A stretch of 64,000 nucleotides of DNA, from the NCBI GenBank assembly GCA_000092065.1, contig CP000588.1; one strand, written 5' to 3'. Under the pieces are notes generated by a model. The model was not told where the DNA came from. It ran no database searches and saw nothing but the letters and a program-made list of their open reading frames with translations. The stretch is from Ostreococcus lucimarinus (lineage: Eukaryota). Both the position numbers and the translations under genes were made by a program. Shown here one piece after another: positions 49,519-57,554 of this stretch; the first letter of the stretch is position 1, and each line of letters begins with the position of its first letter.

Positions 49519-50460
49519 TCACGCAGCGAACGCGGGCATCTGACTCACGACGACGCTCGCGAGCGCTGCGCGAGCGCCCCATCGCGCCGCCTTCGTCAAT
49601 GCTTTGAGCGGGACATCCGCCAACGTTTCCGTCGTGCGCTTCCCACCGTCGCTCGCCACGGCGGTGAGCGCCCAGGCGATGACGAGTGCGTACACAGGAT
49701 CGCCCGTCGTGAGCGTCACCGCAGCGCCCAAACCGCCCGCGCCGAACGCCGAGAGAAACGCCGTCGCGAGCTGCGTGTCCGGCGCGCACGTCTTCGCGAC
49801 GTGTGAGTTCAAGTTCACCAACGCCGCACATGAAATCCAACCGAAGTGCATCGACAGAGGAACGTGCGTCGTCCAATACCACGCCTTGCTCGCCGCGCTC
49901 GCCGCGGCGCGCAGCGCTCGGTGCGCCGAACCCAGCGCAACCGCCTCGGCGACCAACAACGCGCTCGACACCCAAAAGTGTCTAGGCGCCTTGGCCCACG
50001 GTCTGAACGCCGCGCACCACAACGCTTGAAACGCACACGCGAGCGCCCAGCTCGGCGCGACGGCGCGCGTCGCCGCCTCGCTCGCGCCGCCTCCGCTCGC
50101 CGACGCCAACGCGTGCGCCACCAGCGCGAACTCTCCGGCGTAAATCGCCCCCCAAATCGCGAACGCCCATCCCGCGGGCGTGAACAAGCTTCGGTATTCG
50201 CTATCGAGCGGAATCGCGTGCGTCTTCTCCTTCGCGTTTTCATCCTTCGCCTTCGCGGCGCGCGCCTCGGCTTGCGCGCGTCGCTGCATCTCCCCGTCGA
50301 TTCTGCCCGGCACGCTCACCGCGAGCACGTTGACGCCGTACGCGAGCGCGGTGACGAGTTGCCATGGCTTCAACCCCGCGAACGCGCGCGCGGACGCGGA
50401 GGCGATCCTGCGTGGAGAACACGCGGCGTCGGTCAGTACTGGAGGAGTGGATAGAGCCAC
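49519..50460 (-). CDS. Trp-rich multi-pass membrane protein, possibly TspO/MBR-like
   Basis: ...KPWQLVTALAYGVNVLAVSV...SEYRSLFTPAGWAFAIWGAIYAGEFALVAHAL...WALACAFQALWCAAFRPWAKAPRHFWVSSALLVAEAVALG...MHFGWISCAALVNLNSHV.... The W/F/P spacing recalls TspO (PxW.F..vW..LY) but with a long loop insertion. The track start (50460) is a GTG and the first ATG (about 50289) would delete TM1. A short upstream 5' exon may therefore be missing. Confidence 0.4.
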   Translation of the reverse strand: MALSTPPVLTDAACSPRRIASASARAFAGLKPWQLVTALAYGVNVLAVSVPGRIDGEMQRRAQAEARAAKAKDENAKEKTHAIPLDSEYRSLFTPAGWAFAIWGAIYAGEFALVAHALASASGGGASEAATRAVAPSWALACAFQALWCAAFRPWAKAPRHFWVSSALLVAEAVALGSAHRALRAAASAASKAWYWTTHVPLSMHFGWISCAALVNLNSHVAKTCAPDTQLATAFLSAFGAGGLGAAVTLTTGDPVYALVIAWALTAVASDGGKRTTETLADVPLKALTKAARWGARAALASVVVSQMPAFAA

Positions 50461-50635
50461 GCGGGACGCCGGGACGGAACGTACCAGGGCGCGAGCTTAG
50501 CGACCGCGAACGTCGCGGCGGCACCCGTGGCGCATATGAGCGCAGCGGTGACGTCGCGAGCGGCGTCGGGCATCGGAAGGCGCGCGCGCGCGAAAGTGTG
50601 GGGCGGAGACTGCGCTCGACTACAAGGCTACGGGC

Positions 50636-51913
50636 TCAGTCGGCGAAGACGGATTGCAAGCTCGGGAAAGGATCCGCCTTGGACAACACCAAGACGCGGT
50701 TCTTGTGCGATATGTAGCCCTTGATGAACTTTCTAAAGATCAAGTTGGCGACGATGCACTCGACCTCGTCGAGATCGACGTCGTCGGCGCCGCACCACGC
50801 GAGGGCGGTTTGGAATTTGGCGAGCGAGACTTGGTTCGCCTTCGCCGCGTCGGCGGTTTCGCCGTGAATGGCGTGCACTTTCTTGAACAGCGTGCGGTAG
50901 ACGGACATGCGAAGCTTTTCGAGGATCAGATACGTGCCCTGTTTGATGAAAGTCGATTCACCGTCGCTGAGGGCGGCGTCGAGCGTGCGCGCGTCGCCGC
51001 GGCGCATCGCCTCGACGACGTCGACAAACTCTCGCAACTCGTACTTCTCCAGTAACTTTCGCGACGGCAGCGTGCCTAAAATCAACTTCACCGGGATCAA
51101 GTACTGCAAAATCAATCGCACGTTCCGCGCGCTCTGCGCGTGACAATGCGCGAACGCGTACTCAAGATGCTCCGCCGCGCGCTCGTACGCGTCCTCGAAC
51201 ACCGCCAACCGCCCGACGTAAAAGTTATACGTCACCTTTTCCGACTTTGGGAACGAATCGAACGGCAAAAACGTCGGCAAGTTCACGGCGTTGATCAAGT
51301 TCTTGCACAAATGCAGCGCGTTGAGCTTGAAGTACACCTTGAATAGATTATTCACCACGTGCAACTGCGGCGCCTTCTTCTCCGCCGTCGACGTCTGCGA
51401 CACCGCTCTGTACACCAGCATCAGCGTCGACCCGGCGTCGGCGAGTTTGCTCGGTTTTTCCCCCCCGCGCTTCAGCGCCTCATCCGCGCGCTGCGCCAAC
51501 GCTCTCGCGTCGTCCACCGCGACGTACCACGCCTCGCTCGTCCACGCCGAGTCCTCGTCCGCCCTGTACGCCTTCACGAAATCCTTCACCCCTCTCGCGT
51601 GCGCCTCGTACGCGCGCACCGCGTCCTCGTCCCTCCCGCTTCCCGCCAGCGTCCGCGCGCACGCGAACGCCCCCATCGCGTCGTCCCACGGCGCGCGCAC
51701 GCCTCGCTCGCGCATCAGCGTCGCCGCGCGGTCGCAATCCGAACCGCACGCGCGCGTCCACGTCGCGTCGTCCTCGTCGCGCTCGCGCGTCGTCGACGCG
51801 CCGGCGTCGACGCACGACGCGAGCGCGCGTCCATCGCGTCGCGCGATCGCGTCTCGACACCGCGCCGCGCGCGCGTCCATGCTCGCGCCGGCGTGTGCGC
51901 CGCGCGCGTCCAT
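50636..51913 (-). CDS. PCID2: PCI-domain protein PCID2/Thp1 (TREX-2 / CSN12-like)
   Basis: ...QLHVVNNLFKVYFKLNALHLCKNLINAV...VTYNFYVGRLAVFEDAYERAAEHLEYAFAHCH...RLILQYLIPVKLILGTLP...IKGYISHKNRVLVLSKADPFP aligns with human PCID2 ([27 protein letters not shown] / [32 protein letters not shown] / [21 protein letters not shown]). The ATG at 51913 is in a short duplicated MDAR segment, so the start could also be about 51880. Confidence 0.8.
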   Translation of the reverse strand: MDARGAHAGASMDARAARCRDAIARRDGRALASCVDAGASTTRERDEDDATWTRACGSDCDRAATLMRERGVRAPWDDAMGAFACARTLAGSGRDEDAVRAYEAHARGVKDFVKAYRADEDSAWTSEAWYVAVDDARALAQRADEALKRGGEKPSKLADAGSTLMLVYRAVSQTSTAEKKAPQLHVVNNLFKVYFKLNALHLCKNLINAVNLPTFLPFDSFPKSEKVTYNFYVGRLAVFEDAYERAAEHLEYAFAHCHAQSARNVRLILQYLIPVKLILGTLPSRKLLEKYELREFVDVVEAMRRGDARTLDAALSDGESTFIKQGTYLILEKLRMSVYRTLFKKVHAIHGETADAAKANQVSLAKFQTALAWCGADDVDLDEVECIVANLIFRKFIKGYISHKNRVLVLSKADPFPSLQSVFAD

Positions 51914-51922
51914 GCTCGCGTC

Positions 51923-52260
51923 GGCGAATCGTCCGACGGCCGGCGCCGCGCGCGCGAGTCCCCTCTTTACGAGTCATGACCCATTGAGACATTGTTCTAA
52001 ACACCCGATCTCGTACACGACGCGCGTCTCGTACACGACGCGCGAAAACGCCCATTAAAAGTCGTTAGGACGGCGAATCGTCCGACGGCCGGCGCCGCGC
52101 GCGCGCGTCCCCTCTTTGTGAGTCATGACCCATTAAGACATTGTTCTAAACACCCGATCGCGCGTCTCGTACACGACGCGCGAAAACGCCCATCAAAAGT
52201 CGTTAGGACGGCGCGCGCGCGCGCGCGATCGGCGGCGAATCGTCCGACGCCGCGCGCGAC
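51923..52260. repeat. tandem direct repeat of about 140-150 bp, 2 full copies plus a diverged partial third, in the PCID2/MDH divergent intergenic region
   Basis: Copy 1 is about 51923..52072 and copy 2 about 52073..52212, at about 93% identity. The shared core is GGCGAATCGTCCGACGGCCGGCGCCGCGCGCGCG.GTCCCCTCTTT..GAGTCATGACCCATT.AGACATTGTTCTAAACACCCGATC...TCGTACACGACGCGCGAAAACGCCCAT.AAAAGTCGTTAGGACG. Copy 1 carries an extra internal 17-bp duplication (TCTCGTACACGACGCGCG twice). A partial diverged third copy (GGCGAATCGTCCGACGCCGCGCGCGACC) lies at about 52232..52260. Confidence 0.85.
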
Positions 52261-52284
52261 CGCGGAGCGCGACGCGCGACGACG

Positions 52285-52400
52285 ACGACGCGAGCGGCGA
52301 TGACGACGACGATGACGACGATGACGACGACGATGACGGCGCGCGCGACGACGACGACGCGCGCGCGAACGACGACGACGACGACGACGACGCGGGCGGC
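52285..52400. repeat. (ACG/ATG)n trinucleotide microsatellite at the 5' end of the NADP-MDH ORF, encoding a poly-Thr/Met/Ala tract
   Basis: GACGACGACGATGACGACGATGACGACGACGATGACGG...AACGACGACGACGACGACGACGACGCGG is translated in the MDH frame as [13 protein letters not shown]...TTTTTTTT. Confidence 0.85.
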
Positions 52401-53625
52401 GATAGGTCGACGACGCGCGCGCGAACCGAACGCGCGACGACGCGGAGACGCGTGCGTGCGGTACAACACGCCCGCGGGCGTGGGGAGGAAGGCGGACGAT
52501 CCTCTGGGGGTGTTCAGGCTGGAGTACGACATCTCGATGGACGAGGCGCATCGACCGAAGACGTGGAAGCCGACGGTCACGGTGGCGGTGAGCGGCGCGG
52601 CGGGGCAGATTTCGAATCACTTGTTGTTTAAGATCGCGAGTGGGTCGGTGTTCGGACACGATCAGCCGGTGGTGTTGAGATTGCTCGGGAGCGAGCGGTC
52701 GAGACAGGCGCTGGAGGGGGTGGCGATGGAGCTGGAGGATTGCTTGTTTCCGTTGTTGCGCGAGGTCGACATCGGCATCGACTGCAGGAAAGTCTTCGCG
52801 GGCGCGGATTGGGCGCTGTTGATCGGGGCGAAGCCGCGTGGACCGGGGATGGAGCGCGGAGATTTGCTTGAGATGAATGGGGCGATTTTCGTCGATCAAG
52901 GCAAGGCGTTGAACGAGGTGGCGAAGCCGACGTGCAAGGTCATCGTCGTCGGGAACCCTTGCAACACGAACGCGCTCATCGCGCTGTCGCACGCGCCCAA
53001 CTTGGATCCGCGCAACTTCCACGCGTTGACCAAGCTCGACGAAAACAGAGCAAAGTGTCAACTCGCGCTCAAGGCGGGCGTGTTCTACGAAACCGTGAGT
53101 AACGTCGTCATTTGGGGCAACCACTCCACGACGCAGGTGCCGGATTTCGTCAACGCCAAGATCGACGGTAAGAAAGCCACCGAAGTCATCACCGATCAAG
53201 ACTGGCTCGAGAACGACTTCACTCCCGCGATTCAAACCCGCGGCGGGTTGCTGATCAAAAAGTGGGGTCGCTCTTCCGCGGCGTCCACGGCGGTGTCCAT
53301 CGCCGATCACATCAGAAATTTGGTCAACCCGACGCCGGAGGGCGACTGGTTCTCCACAGCCGTGCTCAGTAACGGTAACCCGTACGGCATCCAAGACGGC
53401 ATCGTTTACTCCTTCCCGTGCCGCTCCAAGGGCGATGGTTCGTACGAAATCGTTCCCGGTTTAGAAGTGAACGACTGGCTTCGCGAGCGCATGAAGAAGA
53501 GCGAAGAAGAGCTCACCAGCGAAAAGGGCTGCGTCGGCCACCTCGTCGGGGAAGCGCACGTTGACGTCCCAGACGCAGGGTGCCCGGTCGATCTCGAAGA
53601 CACTCTTTTGCCAGGTGAAATGTAA
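52300..53625 (+). CDS. MDH: NADP-dependent malate dehydrogenase (chloroplast type) with a C-terminal regulatory extension
   Basis: ...[67 protein letters not shown] matches plant NADP-MDH nearly residue for residue. The C-terminal extension ...[34 protein letters not shown] carries the two regulatory Cys. The N-terminus contains a poly-Thr/Met run encoded by an (ACG)n repeat, and the exact start is uncertain. Confidence 0.88.
   Translation: MTTTMTTMTTTMTARATTTTRARTTTTTTTTRAAIGRRRAREPNARRRGDACVRYNTPAGVGRKADDPLGVFRLEYDISMDEAHRPKTWKPTVTVAVSGAAGQISNHLLFKIASGSVFGHDQPVVLRLLGSERSRQALEGVAMELEDCLFPLLREVDIGIDCRKVFAGADWALLIGAKPRGPGMERGDLLEMNGAIFVDQGKALNEVAKPTCKVIVVGNPCNTNALIALSHAPNLDPRNFHALTKLDENRAKCQLALKAGVFYETVSNVVIWGNHSTTQVPDFVNAKIDGKKATEVITDQDWLENDFTPAIQTRGGLLIKKWGRSSAASTAVSIADHIRNLVNPTPEGDWFSTAVLSNGNPYGIQDGIVYSFPCRSKGDGSYEIVPGLEVNDWLRERMKKSEEELTSEKGCVGHLVGEAHVDVPDAGCPVDLEDTLLPGEM
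53620..53624 (+). promoter_or_regulatory. TGTAA putative polyadenylation signal overlapping the MDH stop codon (green-algal type signal)
   Basis: TGTAA pentamers recur within about 0-50 nt downstream of several stop codons here. ABC-F has one at about 36966..36970 on the plus strand. NadB and POLA1 have them on the minus strand (plus-strand TTACA at about 518..522 for POLA1). Chlorophyte nuclear genes are known to use TGTAA rather than AATAAA. Confidence 0.4.
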
Positions 53626-53959
53626 GCGGCACACGCGAGCAGATGAAAAGAGTCCCGTTGACTCGTGCGCTCGCTCGACGCAACTTACGCATATTGAATC
53701 AAAACCACATCGTTGCATAACCATTTCAATAACATCAATATTCTGGTATAATAACCAACGCGACCACTGCGCGCGCCGACGAGAAAATTCGCCGCGTTCA
53801 CCGTCGGCGGCGAGGCGCACGGGGTGGGCGAGGTGCGAAGACGATGCGTCGCTCGGAGAGGCTTCGTTTGATTATGGTTAATACAACTCGGAAGATTTGA
53901 AAAAATAATTTGAACTCGAGCGCGTTTCCGCGAGTGAAACGACTTGAGTTAGTGTCGGT

Positions 53960-54799
53960 TTAGTTTAAAGGTTTACGGCAGACGAAGACGCCCCACGCGA
54001 AGACGCCGTGATCGCGTTGAGTGTCCGCGCGCTCGGTGAGCGACTCGAGCCAATTGTCGAGGTACTTATCCGTCAAACCCTTGGAGAGCATCTCTTCGCG
54101 ATGGGTGTGAATCTGCTTGATCATGTCGCGGAAATACGTTTCCAAGTGATTGCTGCCGTCCCACCACGTGACGTAATCCAGTCCGGCATCCTTCATGCAC
54201 TGCAGGTACGTGGACGGGCGACCCATCACCGTGGTGGCGTTGCGATCGGTGAATCCCTTGAGGGTCTTTTCATCGGCGCCGTCGGCACCCATGATGTCCG
54301 AAAACACGAACGCGGCGCCCGGCTTCAACACGCGCGCGACTTCTTTGAATAATTCGGGCTTATCGCCGGCGTGGCACAACACCTCGCACGACCACGCGCC
54401 GTCGAACGAATTCGTCCAATCCGCCGGAAACGGCTTGTTAATGTCCCCGACGACCGCGTCGACGAGATCGCCCAGGCCGAGCTCCTTCGCCTTGGCGATG
54501 TTCTGCGCGTTTTGTCCCGGTCCAATGTTATATCCCATCACCGAGCATCCGTACTTCTTCGCCAACGCGTGCGATCCGCCGCCGTGCCCGCTTCCGATGT
54601 CCAGCAACTTATCCCCCGCCCCGATCGGTCGCGCCATGTCCAACTGCGTCATCATCCACGCCGTCGTCGCCGCGCTCGACTCGCGCACCCCATCTTTCGC
54701 GTCTCTGTAGATACCAAAGTGAATATCGTCACCACCACCGCCCATGACGATCGTGTAAAACAGTCGCTGCTCGGCTTCGTCGTACTGCTCGAGCACCAT
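53960..54799 (-). CDS. class I SAM-dependent N-methyltransferase of the glycine-sarcosine / sarcosine-dimethylglycine methyltransferase (GSMT/SDMT) type
   Basis: The track ORF starts at a GTG (54808). The real ATG is 3 codons in, giving MVLEQYDEAEQRLFYTIVMGGGGDDIHFGIYRD.... That block mirrors the GSMT/SDMT N-terminal signature FYxxVWGGEDIHxGLY. The SAM-binding motif I is LLDIGSGHGGGSHALAKKYGC, and the post-I/II motifs are ...VVGDINKPFP...FDGAWSCEVLCHAGDKPELFKEVARVLKPGAAFVFSDIM. The total is about 279 aa, like SDMT. Confidence 0.75.
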   Translation of the reverse strand: MVLEQYDEAEQRLFYTIVMGGGGDDIHFGIYRDAKDGVRESSAATTAWMMTQLDMARPIGAGDKLLDIGSGHGGGSHALAKKYGCSVMGYNIGPGQNAQNIAKAKELGLGDLVDAVVGDINKPFPADWTNSFDGAWSCEVLCHAGDKPELFKEVARVLKPGAAFVFSDIMGADGADEKTLKGFTDRNATTVMGRPSTYLQCMKDAGLDYVTWWDGSNHLETYFRDMIKQIHTHREEMLSKGLTDKYLDNWLESLTERADTQRDHGVFAWGVFVCRKPLN

Positions 54800-55094
54800 C
54801 TTCCCCACCTCCTCCTTGTCGAACTGTTTCCCGACGAAATCAGCCTGCGAATCGCGCGACGCGATCGTTCGTCAGTCTCGCTTCGCGCGCGCGTCGTCGT
54901 CGTCGTCCTCCGCGCCGTCGCGCGCCGCCGAAGCGTCGCGACGTCGCGACGTCCCGATCGCCGTCGTCGCCGTCGGTTTATCCGGCGCTCGCGTCGCGCG
55001 CGCGTCGCGTCGGCGCGCGCGCGTCGCGTCGGCGCGTCGCGCGCGCGCACCATGATGCGCGTTCGCCGTCTCGGTCGCGATCGAGCGCGTCGCG

Positions 55095-56081
55095 GTGTGC
55101 GCGCGCGACGCGACGCTTCGCTTCGGTCGTCACAATCGACCGCGACGGTTCGCGACGCGGCGACGCCGCGCGACGCCGCGCGAGCCTCGCGCGCGCGCGC
55201 GGCGACGACGACCGCGACGCATGAGCGTGCGCGCGCGCGCGGCGGCGTTCGCCGCGGGAACGGCGCGACCGATCGACGGCGACGCGCCGGCGACGCGCGA
55301 GGACGCGCGCGCGCGAAACGCGACGAGGACGACGACGACGACGACGACGACGCGCGACGACGCGACGACGGAGGGCTCGGGGACGCGCGTCGACGCGTCG
55401 ACGGCGCGCGCGCGAGGCGCGGCGACGCGCGAGGAAGGCGCGAGCGGGACGCGCGGCGACGCCGCGCGGTTCGAGCGCGCGTTTGAAAAGGCGTGCGACG
55501 CGTTGGCGCTCGCGCGGGCGATCGAGGCGACGGTGCGACGGGAAACGGTTTGGACGGGACGAAGCTCGGCGCGCGAGCGCGCGCGGGCGAGATCGTTGGC
55601 GGCGGAGCGGGCGTACGAAGCCGTCGCGGAGCGACCCGGCGTAACCGTCGACGCGAAGCGCGACGAACGCGCGAGGCCGGCGTCGAGCGGTCGAACGACG
55701 GCGACGGCGCGCGAGGAGGAAGATACGTCGATGAGTGTCGTGCGGTCGTTTTCGTTCGCGCGGGACGAGGTCGACGGTGACGATGGCGACGTCGGCGACG
55801 CGGACGCCGACGAAGACGAACCGTCGCGAGAGGCGTTCGAGGACGACGGCGGCGAATCAGGCGCGCTGCGCGAGATCGCGCGCGCGCGTCGCGAGATCGC
55901 GAGCTTACTCGCCGACTCTCGGAGCGACGCCGCGCGCGGCCGTCCACGACGCCTCGACGCGGAGACGCCCGCGGAGACGCGAACCGTCGCCTCGCCGAAT
56001 CGCCGCGTCGAAAAAACCATCGTCATGGATCGAATCGCCATGATCGACGGCATCTTAGCCGCGCTCGCGGAGGATCGATGA
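55095..56081 (+). CDS. possible low-complexity (Arg/Ala/Asp/Thr-rich) protein; strand and reality uncertain
   Basis: ATG start. The C-terminal part (...FERAFEKACDALALARAIEATVRRETVW...IVMDRIAMIDGILAALAEDR) is protein-like. The ORF fills the gap between the divergent methyltransferase start and the convergent BSD2-like gene end. The competing minus-strand ORFs (54652..55947, 55130..56218) are Arg-rich with no domain signal. Confidence 0.2.
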   Translation: MCARDATLRFGRHNRPRRFATRRRRATPREPRARARRRRPRRMSVRARAAAFAAGTARPIDGDAPATREDARARNATRTTTTTTTTRDDATTEGSGTRVDASTARARGAATREEGASGTRGDAARFERAFEKACDALALARAIEATVRRETVWTGRSSARERARARSLAAERAYEAVAERPGVTVDAKRDERARPASSGRTTATAREEEDTSMSVVRSFSFARDEVDGDDGDVGDADADEDEPSREAFEDDGGESGALREIARARREIASLLADSRSDAARGRPRRLDAETPAETRTVASPNRRVEKTIVMDRIAMIDGILAALAEDR

Positions 56082-56221
56082 TGCGTTCGGTCGTGTCGTA
56101 TCGTATCGCATCGCGACGCAACGCGCGTCCATCTTCGCGGCGCACCGTGTAATCTACTTCTAGAGTCTATAGCCCGCGACGGCTTCGCGACGCGCGTCCC
56201 CGGCTCGCCTTCGCCCATCTC

Positions 56222-56632
56222 TCAGTCCTCTCCCATGCGAAACCCGATCGGGTCTCGATGCGCCCCCGTTCCCAGGCAATCCATGCACACGCTTCGTCCC
56301 GAGCCTCGGCAGTCGACGCACCATCGCGGCCACGCGCCGCGCGCCTGCACCTCGCCGTCCCGTCTCGCGTTCTCCCGCCCTCGCGCCTCGCACCGCGCGC
56401 ACGCCCGCGTCCCGAATCCATCGCACGCCGCGCACGTCCTCTTACCCTCGGGCGTCGCCCGCGCGCGCTCGAACGCGCGCGGGCGCGCCCACGTCGACGC
56501 GTCGTCGTCGTCGTCGCTCGCGGCGCGCGGCGTCGCGCGCGGACGCGCACCGCGCGGCGTCGCGCGCGCGCGGCGACCGGCGACCGGCGCGGCGACGACG
56601 ACGGCGCGCGGCGCCGCGCGCGACGTCGCCAT
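56222..56632 (-). CDS. small chloroplast-type DnaJ-like zinc-finger protein with four CxxCxGxG repeats (BSD2-like Rubisco-assembly-factor architecture)
   Basis: The last 136 codons of the otherwise spurious 710-aa ORF 56222..58354 start at an in-frame ATG (cat 56630..56632). The sequence is MATSRAAPRAVVVAAPVAGRRARATPRGARPRATPRAASDDDDDASTWARPRAFERARATPEGKRTCAACDGFGTRACARCEARGRENARRDGEVQARGAWPRWCVDCRGSGRSVCMDCLGTGAHRDPIGFRMGED. It has two pairs of CxxCxGxG-x3-CxxCxGxG separated by about 20 aa, as in BSD2, preceded by an Ala/Arg-rich presequence. Confidence 0.55.
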   Translation of the reverse strand: MATSRAAPRAVVVAAPVAGRRARATPRGARPRATPRAASDDDDDASTWARPRAFERARATPEGKRTCAACDGFGTRACARCEARGRENARRDGEVQARGAWPRWCVDCRGSGRSVCMDCLGTGAHRDPIGFRMGED

Positions 56633-56744
56633 GCGCGTCGACGCGCGCGCGCGGTGCGCGTCTCCGCGCGCGACGACCACTGGCGACATCACAACACGGC
56701 GCGCGCGCGAACGCGGACGAACGCGCGCGCGGCGCGCGGACGCG

Positions 56745-57554
56745 ATGCGCGGACGAGCGATGCGCGCGTGCGCGGAGACGATCGGCGCGATGCGCCGCGG
56801 CGCGACGCGCGCGGAACGCGGCGCGATCGGACGGTGGTTGATTTCGAGCCGCGATGACGATCGAAGCGCTGGCGCGACGCGCGAGCGCGCGAACGCGCTC
56901 GAGACGCGACCGCGGACGTACGCCAACGCGTCGCGAGCGTTCGGGGCGTCGCGCACGGTGGAACAGTGGAGCGAACTCGCGGAACGGGGGGTGGACGTGA
57001 ATCCGTGCAATAGCCCGAAACACCCGGCGGCGCTGGCGGGAGTGCAGACGGCGTTCGACGCCGGACGCACGCGAAGGAGCCTGCAGGAGGCGTATGATCC
57101 GCATTGTATCGATTTCGTGTGCGGACGCGCGCACGACACGGCGGGGAAGATTGGATTGGTGTCGTATCGATGCGAAAACGAGGAAAACGTGCTCGAGTCG
57201 CACTTGAAGTTTCCGTCGCAGTACGAAGAGTTTCCAGGAATCATCGGACCGGCGATGTACGGCGTCGCGGCGAGCGCGCATGGAAATTGGGCGGCGTCGA
57301 TCGCGCTGATGGACCGCGCGATCCTACCGAGACCGCCGTTGGTGGCGGTGAAATCGCTCGCGGTGAGCGTCGTCGACTTGGTCGGTCCGGGCGAGCCCTT
57401 GACGTTACGATCGCGATTGCTCGAGGTCGAGGACGCGCGCGAACCGTTCCGCGTCGTCGTCGAGATCGAGATCAAATCCAAAGCCACGTCAAAAGTCGTC
57501 GCTCGAGCGGAGTGTTCGTACGAAAAAATCGGCGCCGTGCGTTCGATGCGGTGA
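56745..57554 (+). CDS. hotdog-fold (thioesterase/dehydratase-like) protein with an organellar presequence
   Basis: Track ORF 56235..57554 is Arg-rich junk up to about 56740. From the ATG at 56745 (MRGRAMRACAETIGAMRRG...) a presequence leads into ...VDVNPCNSPKHPAALAGVQ...HCIDFVCGRAHDTAGKIGLVSYRCENEENVLESHLKFPSQYEEFPGIIGPAMYGVAASAHGNWAASIALMD...VVVEIEIKSKATSKVVARAECSY. This has the central-helix and long-beta-sheet layout of 4HBT/PaaI-type hotdog proteins. Confidence 0.45.
   Translation: MRGRAMRACAETIGAMRRGATRAERGAIGRWLISSRDDDRSAGATRERANALETRPRTYANASRAFGASRTVEQWSELAERGVDVNPCNSPKHPAALAGVQTAFDAGRTRRSLQEAYDPHCIDFVCGRAHDTAGKIGLVSYRCENEENVLESHLKFPSQYEEFPGIIGPAMYGVAASAHGNWAASIALMDRAILPRPPLVAVKSLAVSVVDLVGPGEPLTLRSRLLEVEDAREPFRVVVEIEIKSKATSKVVARAECSYEKIGAVRSMR

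Noticed and set aside
51923-52260. CRISPR array or prokaryotic repeat interpretation of the tandem repeat
   Set aside because: The units are about 145 bp and directly abut one another with no spacers. The context is a eukaryotic nuclear locus with introns and organelle presequences. No cas-like ORFs are present.
52123-53394. 423-aa minus-strand ORF
   Set aside because: It is exactly antisense to the strongly conserved NADP-MDH CDS. Its composition is dominated by R/H/V and it contains poly-R and poly-V runs derived from the (ACG)n repeat.
55130-56218. 362-aa minus-strand ORF between the methyltransferase and BSD2-like genes
   Set aside because: It is Ser/Arg/Ala-rich with no motif and overlaps the equally weak plus-strand ORF 55095..56081. 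The plus-strand model fits the local gene orientation slightly better, but neither is supported.
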